In this document: piece after piece, positions 52,307-62,508 of the stretch | Position numbering within the stretch: position 1 is the first letter of the stretch | Layout of the letters: the number at the start of each line of letters is the position of its first letter | Assembly: GCA_035221665.1 (NCBI GenBank) | Contig: JAVHYY010000297.1 | Coordinates: 186,001 to 250,000 of the forward strand | Direction of reading: 5' to 3' | Source of the DNA: Okamejei kenojei | Lineage: Eukaryota | DNA length: 64,000 nt | Program-made: the position numbers and the translations under genes | The notes under the pieces: generated by a model | Seen by the model: the letters and a program-made list of their open reading frames with translations, nothing else | The model's database searches: none | What the model was told of the DNA's origin: nothing

Positions 52307-55300
52307 CTGCAGATTAACACATTCATATAAACATGTAATGGATGAATTTCTTTTGTTACTGGTTTTATTAACAAATCACTGCAGCTAGGAATTGACATAT
52401 ATGGTTCCTTAATCATATTTAACATCAACGGGAACCATGGTTGTGTGGGCCAATTTTGAATCACCAACAGTCCTGTGGCAGAATCTTGTTCTATTTTCTT
52501 CAGACATTGCCGAACCAGAGCAAATGGAGGGAAAGCATAAAATAACATATTTCCCCAATGTAGCGAAAAAGCATCTACTGCTACTGCATCTGGATCGGGT
52601 TCCCAAGACACATATTTAGGCAATTGATGATTTAATCTTGATGCAAACAGATCAATGTCTGATAACCCATACCGAATCACAATTTTACTGAAAACGTCTG
52701 GGTTCAACATCTATTCTGTGTTGTCTTTAAACACCCTTGATTTGTTGTCTGCCACCACATTGTCTTTACCTGGGATATAACTTGCTGAAATCCAAATTTG
52801 GTCCTTAATACACCATTGCCATATATGATTGACCAGACAATCACATGATACCGATCTTACTCCACCCATGTGATTAATATATGCAACAGCTGTCTTATTT
52901 TCTAATTGTATCTGTACATGCAGATTCTTTTTTGTAGAACAATAGGCTTTTAATCCATAAAATGCCCCCAATAAATCCAAATAATTAATACCATATGTTT
53001 GGAGAAACAATTCCTCTTGGGCAGTCCACCTGCTCCCACAGCTGGTAAATGTATCTGTCGCCCCCCATCCGAGAGCACTTGCATCTGTTTGTAAAAATAC
53101 TTCAGGCTGCTGTATTAAAATGTGTTTAGCAGCATGTGGAATATTTTAAATCCACCATTGCAATTCCAATAAAGCTTCTTTTGTTAACTGCATAGGCCTA
53201 TCAAAATGGCCTGCTCGCTTTTTTAAAGCTCGTATTTTGTCCCTTTGAAGGTTTTGGTAATGTAATGGACATTTCCATTGCAGGAAATGCTGCTACTAGT
53301 TTACCAATAACCTTCGCTACTTCTCGGATGGAGGGATAAGGTTTGTGAATGAGGCCCCAACATACCATTGAAATATCAACAATCTTGTCCATTGGCAAAG
53401 TTACTAACATAGTAACTTAATTAATCACAAAACCTAAATAGTTAATTGTCTGTGCTGGCTGCAGCTTGGACTTAATTGGATGAATCAAGAACCCTAATTT
53501 TTCAAATAAAGTTTTAGTTGCTGAAACTGATTTTCCAGCTGATTCCTGATTATTACTGACAATTAAATTGTCATCCAGATAAGCCATAATGATGTGCTGT
53601 TGTGCTCTTAATTGCGCTAAAGCTGGTTTCAACAGTTTTGTGAAGAGCCTGGGAGCTGAACTTAAGCCATTAGGTAATGCTTTAAATTGCCACAGCTGTC
53701 CCAGCCAATTAAACTTTAAATACTTTCGAAAAAATCGATGTATTGGTACTGAATAGTACGCATCCTTTAAATCAATTGTAGCCATATTACAACCTGCTGA
53801 TATCAAATGCCTTGCAGTGTTGAACGTTTCCATCTTGAAATGTTTATACTGGACAAATGTATTAAAGTTTGTAAGGTCCAGAATAATTCTACAACCACCA
53901 TCTTTTTTATTTCTTGGAATGATATTTGACACAAATTGGTGTTGATGCTCAACAGTTATTTCAATAACACCTTTTTTTTAAAACAATTTTCAATTTCCAC
54001 ATTAATTTCTGCTTCCTCAATAGCAGAGAACATGAAACCATAAGTAGGTTTATTTTGTACTGGAGAATCAACACCTTCTTTAAATGTTATTGTAGGTCCT
54101 GAAACTCTTTGTAAAATAAACCGGTCAGATGTGATGGAAAGCCATTCATCATAGAACATTTGTAATCTCCCACCAACTGGAGATTCGTCCACAGTTTCTT
54201 TAAGAACAGAATAACGTTTTTGTACCTCTCCATATGAACGTGGTGGTCTCCTTCTCCCCGTATACGGGTGAACATTAGGCTGTGTTGGATGGTAATATTA
54301 TCTTAACATATTCCTGCCTCTGTTTCCAAAATCAAATCCCCTTCTTGATGATCAAATCCCCTTCTTGATGTATAGTACCTTTTTTGTCCAAAAACGGAAG
54401 GTCACATGTAGCTAATAGATTTACCCTCTTCATCCATCTCTCTTATTTGTTTAACCAGGTTTTCTCCGAATAGATAACCAGGAGATTGAACACCACTTGA
54501 ACGGCACAGACCTGCAAATCTAGGATGAAGTATGGGCCGAATCGCAATTTTCCTCATGCAATTAATTTCATAAAAAGAATTGCACAATAAGCCCAATGTA
54601 TCTCTTTGGATTTTGATCATTTCTGACCCTTCCATTTGCTTTCCAAAAGCAGTAATGGCAGCTGAAATCAGTTTGAGGATTCTTTGAAACCTTATTTCTT
54701 GCCCTCTCATGACTGATGTCATAGGTGTCCATATAGATGGATTAACCGTAGGTACCTTCAATGAGGTGCAATTTTCCGGTGTTTTATATAATTCTGCTGT
54801 TTCAGCCATCACAGAATCTTGACGTTTGGTGAGATACCATATAATTAATACTGGCAGCTAGGTTTTCTTCCACAGCCTCACCACTTCCTTCAGGTATAGC
54901 AAAATCTCTTGCCATATCAGGCACATACGGCCTTTTCTTTTTAATTTGTGGTGTGCACTCATAATCCACATCACCACTTTCAGGGTCTGACTTTTGCAGC
55001 CCTCATATTCCTGGAACTTCATCAAATGGGACTTCCTCCACCCTTAATCCTGGGTCTGGAGTTTCAAATTCCAAATTTGGCACATAGCCATATTCTGGAT
55101 ATTCAAACCCCTCAGGGTCTGTTTGGGAAAGTTCTGGGTACTTTGACCCTTGTCTCATAATATTTTGGAGTACTCTCTCCATATGTTCCATTTTAAGCCA
55201 TATAGCTTTATTATCCGGAGGACTTTCATTATCAGATTCATCATCAGAAACGACGGGCCTCACGAATCTCTTTTTACTTTTCTTAGGAACATTTTCCTCC

Positions 55301-55457
55301 GTGGTTTTTGTTTCTGGAGAAATTATAGTCTCACTAACGGGTGAATCAACAGCCACCGGTATCTGAACCGGCTCCGCACTAGTCTCTTGTCCCGACTATA
55401 GCTTCTCCCCGGGACGATCTTTTTACCCGCGAAATCTTCCTCTGAGACTTCTCCATT
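52300..55457 (-). pseudogene. DIRS-A Gag-RT-RNase H-methylase-like polyprotein, degraded
   Basis: ORF fragments at 55003-55356, 54402-54812, 53417-53932, 52711-53010 and 52300-52710 are collinear with copy B. A 20-bp tandem duplication lies at 54331-54370. Confidence 0.88.
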
Positions 55458-55736
55458 TTCAATTTTTTATTATCTATGCTGGATCAGTACGCCAGCGTGA
55501 CTCTGATTTTTTGAAACATTTTTTACTTTCATTTTTGCTGATTCTACATGCCAGCGTAACGTCTTTTTTAGAACGTCCCCTAAAAAAATAATTGCACTTA
55601 CCTGCGGGCCCGGTCTGACCGCTGAGAGGAGCTGCGCTCTGCAGCTCTTGCTTCTGCCGTCAGCGTCGACGTAATGCCGTTCAAGCGCCAGGCGGGGCTT
55701 CTTCACGTAGTCACTCACGTGCCTCCGAAGTAAAAT

Positions 55737-55850
55737 CGACGATACCATTCAAAAGTCGAATACGCAATCAAGCTGGGTATAATAAAACTGGCATAGCTTT
55801 TTCTGGAAGTTAAAAGTTAAGGGAGCAAACGAATTTGCAACATTTACAGC
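55737..55850 (-). mobile_element. L1 ORF1 remnant, continuation of the inverted segment beyond DIRS-A
   Basis: Minus strand reads PVLLYPA*LRIR and joins FFNNPQDASSFLES (50690-50745) once DIRS-A is removed. Confidence 0.75.
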
Positions 55851-57104
55851 ATGCTGCCACTTGGAGAGTGGTCACCAATGTACTTATCCCTAATTGGCCG
55901 AATCAATGCTATTAAAATGTTCATTTTACCTACATATCTGTATTTATTTCATGTGATACCAATTTGTATTGCCAAATCTTTCTTTGAAATTATAGACTCC
56001 AAAATTTCTTCATATATATGGCAGAATAAAAATCCCAGACTAAGTAAAAAACATTTACAGAAATCAAAACAAAATGGCGGTTTGACGCTGCCGAACCTCA
56101 GATTTTAAGATTGGGCAGTCAATGTTCGTCATTTAACATTTTGGACAAAATATTTTGAAGATACCCAATGCCCAGGATGGATAAACCTTGAACGTGATTC
56201 CTTACAAGGGCTATCATTGGCCTCTCTTCTATGGGCCTCGTAACCATTCACAATTACGAGATTGAATAAATATACGACTAACACAATAATAAGACATACG
56301 CTCCGAATATGGTTTCGATTTCGTAACTTTTTTGGACTAAATGATTTGATTTTATCGAGTCATATTTTACCAATTTTTTATTTCAACCATCTAGTACTGA
56401 TCAAGTATTTTTGTTATGGAAGGGGAAGTGGTTAGTAGCTTTCCGTGATTTGTTCTTGCAGGGTTGTTTTATGTCTTTCGAACAACTCTCCAATAAATAT
56501 AACTTACCTAATTCACACTTTTTTAGATATTTACAAATTAGACACATTTTGAAGGCTACTCTACCACTTTTTCCGCTACCACATCAAACCGAAATGTTGG
56601 ATAATGTTTTACAGTTGAACAAGTATCAGAAAGGATTAATAACGACTATTTATGAGTTGATTTTGAAATTACAAATAGACACATTTGATAAAATTAAGAA
56701 TGACTGATAAAGAGAACTCCAAACTTGTTTATCGATAGAGAAATGTGAGAGGATTCTTCAATAAGTCAATACCTCTTCAATGTGTGCAAGACACGCTTTG
56801 ATACAATTGGTGATTCACAGAGCTCATATGTCAAAATATATGTTGGCTCGTTTATATGGTCATATAAACCCTACCTGTGACAGATGTAACTCTGAAGTGG
56901 CCTCACTGACCAATATGTTTTGGTCCTGCCCATTTTTAGAAAAATATTGGAAATACATTTTAGATACTATTTATGTAGTCTTGGGTATTAATTTACAACC
57001 TCATCCTATTACTGCAATGCTTGGGCTACCAAGGTTAGATTCTATTCATTTGTCCCGCTCCGCTCATCGGTTGATTGCTTTTCCCACATTAATCGCTAGA
57101 AGAT
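55851..57104 (+). mobile_element. L1 LINE, non-inverted 3' segment of ORF2
   Basis: WSPMYLSLIGRINAIKMFILP..GGLTLPNL..CDRC..MFWSC, the post-RT and Cys-rich region of L1 ORF2. Confidence 0.9.
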
Positions 57105-57364
57105 CTATTTTATTTCGGAGTCACGTGAGTGACTACGTGAAGAACCCGCCTCACGCTGGCAACGGCATGACGTCAACGCTGACGGCGCGAGGAGGAGCTG
57201 CAGTAAGGAGCAGCTCCTCGGCAGCGGTCGGAAACGGCCCGCAGGTAAGTGCAGTTAGACCGGGGCGTTTTTTAGGTTACGCTGGGTGGCTCCAGCAAAC
57301 GAAACCAAAAGTAAAATTTATAGCCACGTTAACGTGCTGATTGAGCACTGATTATTAAAGAAAA

Positions 57365-60312
57365 ATGGAGAAATCGGGAAAGAAGTTTTCGCGGGTAAAA
57401 AGATGTTCCCGTGGTGAAAGTAAAAATACGGGACGCGAAGTTAGTGCGGACCCGGTTCCGATACCGTTGGCCGCCGATTTACCCGATAGTGAGTTTCCAG
57501 ATTCTCCAGAAATAATAACCACGGAGGAAAATGTTCCTAAAAAAGGCTGTGGGCCAAGTTGGGAATATGATACTCCGGACCCAGGATTTGGGCTGGAAGA
57601 AGTCTCATGGGATGATATCCCAATTGATTTAGGGCTGCAGAAGGCAGACCCTGCTGGTGCCTGTATGGCTTTTGAAAGCACACCACAAAGTAAAAAGAAA
57701 AGGCCTAATGTGCCTGGGATAGCACAAGATTTTGCTATACCTGAAGGAAGTGGTGAGGCTATGGAAGAAATCCTAGCTGCAAACATAAATTATATGGTAT
57801 CTCACCAACTTCACAATTCTGTGATGAATGAAACATCAGAATTATATAAAGCTCCAAGAAATTGTGCCTCATTGGAAGTACCTACGGTGAATCCGATGAT
57901 ATGGACGTCTATGACTCCAAGTATGAGAGCCCTAGAAGTGAAGTTTCAAAAGGTGCTCAAATTAATTTCTGCTGCCATTACGGCCTATGGCAGGCAAATG
58001 GAGAATCTGGAAATGGAAAAGATTCAAAAGGATACTTTGGGCTTATTATGTAATTCATTCTATGAAATTAATTGCACGAGGAAAAATGGCGATTCGGCCC
58101 ATATTTCACCCTAGATTTGCAAGCCTGTGTCAAGAAAGTGGAGTTCAAGCTCCTGGGTATTTGTTTGGAGAAAATCTGCCGAAACAGCTGAAAGAGTTGG
58201 ATGAAGAAGCTAAATATTTTAGCAATGTTAAACCTTTTGTTTTTGGACAAAGAAGGGGTTTTTCGACCCGAAGGGGTTTCGATTTCCGTTATAGAAGCAG
58301 AAGTTTGTCACGAAAATACTATCGTGCTGTGCAGGCAAGTGCTTCCCTGTATTCGGGAAGAAGAAGACCACCACGCTCATACGGAGAGGTATTAAAGACT
58401 TATATACTTAAAGAAACTGTGGATGACTCTCCAGTTGGAGGGAGATTGCAAAAATTTTATAATGCCTGGCTTAACATTACTTCTGATCGATATGTATTAC
58501 AAGCAGTTTCGGGAGCCATTATTATTTTTAAAGAAGGGGTTAATCCTCCTGTACAGAATAGACCTGCTTATGCTTATGTGTTTTCTGCAGAGGAAAGAAT
58601 GGAGATTAATGTGGAAATTGACAAATTATCTGGAAAAGGCGTAATTGAAAAGACTTATGAACATAAGCATCAATTTGTCTCTAATATATTTCGAAGAGAT
58701 AAAAAAGATGGTGGTTGCAGAATTATTCTGGACCTTACAGATCTGAATAAGTTTGTAGAATACAATCATTTTAAGATGGAGACATTCAGTACTGCAAAAT
58801 ATCTTATCTCAGCAGGGTGTTAGATGGCTAAGATTGATTTGAAGGATGCCTATTATTCTGTAGCAATTCATCAATGCTTCAGGAGGTATTTAAAATTTAA
58901 TTGGCTGGGACAATTATGGCAGTTTAAAGCTTTACCAAATGGATTGAGTTCGGCTCCTAGACTCTTTACAAAACTGTTGAAACCAGTTTTAGCCCAATTA
59001 AGAGCACAGAAACACATTGTTATGGCTTATCTGGATGATATTCTGATCATTAGTGATACTCAAGAGTCAGCTGAGCACTCAGTTTCAGTTACTAAAGCTT
59101 TGTTTGAAAAGCTAGGGTTTTTGATTCATCCAATTAAGTCCCAGCTGCAGCCAGCACAATCAATTAACTTTTGGGGGTTTGTAATTAACTCAGTGACTAT
59201 GTTAGTTACTTTGCCAACAGAGAAGGCCAATGACATCTTGATGACTTGTAATTACCTCATTCACAAACCTTATCCCTCCATCCGAGAAGTGGCGAAAACC
59301 ATTGGGAAACTGGTAGCAGCATTTCCGGCAGTGGAATTTGGTCCATTACATTATCAAAATCTTCAAAGGGACAAAATAAGGGCTCTTAAAGAGAAGGCAG
59401 GTCACTTTGACAGGCCTATGCAATTAACAAAAGAAGCCGTGTTGGAATTACAATGGTGGGTTGAAAATGTCCCACAAGCTGCTAAGAATATCATGATTAA
59501 ACAACCTGAAATGGTTTTACAAACGGATGCTAGTGCTCTCGGATGGGGGGCTACAGATTCGTCCTCCAGTTGTGGAGGTAGATGGAAAGCTCAAGAAGAA
59601 GCGTTTCTTCAAGTTTATGGTATTAACTATTTGGAGTTATTGGGTGCTTTTTATGGACTTAAAGCATATTGTTGTGCTAAACAAGGTCTACATGTGTTAA
59701 TACAGTTAGACAATAAAACGGCTGTTGCATACATTAATCACATGGGGGGAGTTAGGTCAGTATCATGTGATTGTCTGGCCAATGAGATATGGCAATGGTG
59801 TATTGGTCGCCAAATATGGATTTCAGCAAGCTACATTCCGGGTAAGGACAATGTGGTAGCAGATGAAAGGTCCAGGATTTTTAAAGATAATACGGAATGG
59901 ATGCTTAAGCCAGCAATATTTAAGAATATTGTAAAACCAATTTGGGTTGCCAGAAATAGATTTGTTTGCATCTAGGCTTAATCATCAGTTGCCTACTTAT
60001 GTGTCTTGGGAACACGATCCAGATGCAGTAGCAGTAGATGCTTTTTCATTACACTGGGGAAAGATGTTCTTTTATGCTTTTCCACCATTTGCTTTGATTC
60101 AGAGATGCCTGAAGAAGATAGAACAAGATTCTGCTTCTGGATTGTTGGTAGTTCCAAATTGGCCAACTCAACCTTGGTTCCCAGTAATGCTGAATATGAT
60201 TAAAGAACCATATATGTCGATTCCTAACTGTAGTGATATCTTGACTAATCCGGTAACTAAAGAGATTTACCCATTGTATGCATATATGAATTTGTTAATC
60301 TGCAGGTTTTGA
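57365..60312 (+). pseudogene. DIRS-B Gag-RT-RNase H-adenine-methylase-like polyprotein
   Basis: VGGRL, IILDL, DLKDAY, LPNGLSSAP, YLDD, TDAS, INYLEL, DN, IDLFAS, YAFPPF. Lesions: frameshifts near 58085 and 59940, in-frame TAG at 58821. Confidence 0.9.
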
Positions 60313-61278
60313 CCAGACCACTACAGGAGCTGGGATTGTCGGACCAAACTATGGAAGTTATGGTTGCATCATGGCGCAATAGCACACAAAAGCAATATAT
60401 GACACATATTAAGAAATGGGAAGACTTTTGCACACAGTCAAATATTTCTTATGATACTGTAAATATTGCACATGTTTTGGAATTCCTTGCCAATTTGCAT
60501 TTTCAGCAACATTTAAGTTACAGTGCCATTAACACTGCACGCAGTGCCTTGTCGTCCTATTTAGGGCTTATGACTGATCAGAGATCAATTGGGTCGCATC
60601 CATTAATATCTAGATTCATGAAAGGAATCTTTAATATTAATCCACCCAAACCAAGATACACAGAGATTTGGGATGTGAGCATTGTACTTACGCTACTTAG
60701 ACAATGGACTCCAATTGAAGGGTTGACATTGGAAAAATTGACATTGAAATTAGTCATGTTAATGTCACTGGTCTCAGCTCAAAGAGTGCAAACTTTACAA
60801 ATGTTGCGTTTAGACTGTATGCATGTGACTACAGATAATGTTGTGTTCTATGTTTACGAGTTGATCAAACAAAACAGACCAGGGAGATCTGGAACAAAGG
60901 TAACCTTTCAAGCTTATCATATTGATCCTACTTTGTGTGTGGTTAAACATTTGAACGAATATATTAAAGTTACTGACACCCTTCGAGGAAATGAAAAAGC
61001 GTTAATGGTTACGCACAAAAAACCACACACAAAAGCTTCAGTTCAAACTATCTCAAAATGGTTGAAACAGGTGTTGGTTTTAGCGGGAGTAGACACTGAT
61101 GTGTTCAAATCTCACTCCACCAGGGCGGCAGCTACGTCCGCGGCGAAGGGGCGGGACGTACCTCTCGAGCATATTTTAAAAGTCGCAGGGTGGAGTAAAG
61201 ACGAAACTTTTTCAAAGTTCTACAATAAACCTGTTCACCTATGACAAGCTTTGGACACGCGGTGTTGGGAGCACTATA
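60306..61278 (+). CDS. DIRS-B tyrosine recombinase
   Basis: Catalytic set R (SAQRV), K (KQNRP), HxxR (HSTR), W (AGW), Y (FSKFY) all present. A 1-nt frameshift near 61235 truncates the short C-tail relative to copy A. Confidence 0.9.
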
Positions 61279-61862
61279 ATCACCTGCTTTGTTTACTATT
61301 AATTGCTATAATCAATGGTGTAGTCACTTCTATCTTTTATCACTTGTAATCATTTTCCCTCAGATATAAGGAGGGTTATTATATGGTCTTTAAACCATTA
61401 AAAAGTTAATTGTGAAATGATCTAACATTAGTCTGGTTTCTCATGTATGTGTTTACTTAGCCGGACTGTCGTACGGATTGATTCTACGACATAAAAAACA
61501 CAGAAAGCTTTAAAATCTTCACGTAGTCACTCACGTGACTCCGAAGTAAAATAGTAAGATTAAACAAGAACTTACCAGTTCGAAGTTTGATCGTTATTTT
61601 ATGAGGAGTTACGATGAGGGATTACGTGCCCTCCGCTCCCACCCTCATAAAATAAATGATCAAATGGTAGTTCTGAGTCTTTTATGAGCCTTACTATGTT
61701 ACTCCGGCTGTTGGTGTTCTGTGTTTTTCATGCCGCTGCTTTGAAGTATGCCGTTGCCAGCGTGAGGCGGGTTCTTCACGTAATCCCTCATCGTAACTCC
61801 TCATAAAATAACGATCAAACTTCGAACTGGTAAGTTCTTGTTTAATCTTACTATTTTATTTC

Positions 61863-62508
61863 AATGGAAAGACTCCAACCCTCCGACCATACTCCAGTGC
61901 TATTCTGAAACAATATCATGTTTAAATTTAGAAAACAATAGGAGTGACATTGTTCAACCCTTGGTTAAATTTGATATGATTTGGGGAAAATTTATTCATC
62001 ACTTTCATACAATATAATTTGCTCCCTTTTTATCCGTTATAAAAACGATTTCATTTCCATATGGTGGAACGGACTTGTCGTTATACAGACTTATATTGTT
62101 GAAACTTTTAGTTCAGATTTTGTTTGGCTTTGTTTCGTTTTTATTTCGTTATTTTATGTTTAGTTTTATTTTATTATTATTAACTTTTTTTTTTAGTTTA
62201 GGGTGATTTTGCTTTTTCCATTTTTCTTTTTCTTTTTGTCTTTTTCTTTTTGTCTTTTTTTCAACATTTATTATTTTCTTTTAAAGATTTAACTATATTT
62301 ACATAGAGACCGGGAGGTGTATACTCAATGTGTATTTTGACATTGGTCGCATATCAGGTTATACCTGTTATTAATGTAATCCTGATCCCTATGTTTCAAT
62401 ATCATTGTTATGTGTATCACTATTTGTTTCTTGCACTTTTTTAAAAATGTTTTATTTTTTGTTTCTTTGGAAAAAAAAACAATAAACAGATTTTAAAAGA
62501 AAAAAAAA
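61863..62508 (+). mobile_element. L1 ORF2 end, 3' UTR and A-rich tail
   Basis: RRSILF|QWKDSNPPT is continuous across DIRS-B. T-rich UTR, AATAAA at ~62481, A-rich tail. Confidence 0.85.

Larger units (their letters stand above)
50744..55736 (-). mobile_element. DIRS-type tyrosine-recombinase retrotransposon, copy A (complete, degraded)
   Basis: gag, RT (DLKDAY, YLDD), RNase H, methylase-like and YR fragments. Inverted terminal repeats at 50744-50857 and 55675-55736; internal complementary region (ICR) at 50974-51085. Confidence 0.95.
57105..61862 (+). mobile_element. DIRS-type tyrosine-recombinase retrotransposon, copy B (complete, few lesions)
   Basis: Left ITR ~57113-57168, right ITR plus extension 61748-61857, ICR 61517-61628 complementary to both termini. 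Contains gag/RT/RH/MT and YR ORFs. Confidence 0.95.

Noticed and set aside
60309-61244. Phage integrase plus Dam methylase suggesting a prophage or bacterial contamination
   Set aside because: Both lie within a DIRS retrotransposon with RT/RNase H, ITRs and ICR, embedded in vertebrate L1 sequence.
50744-61862. Large inverted segmental duplication or assembly artefact
   Set aside because: The copies are substantially diverged, have distinct self-consistent ITRs and different insertion sites.
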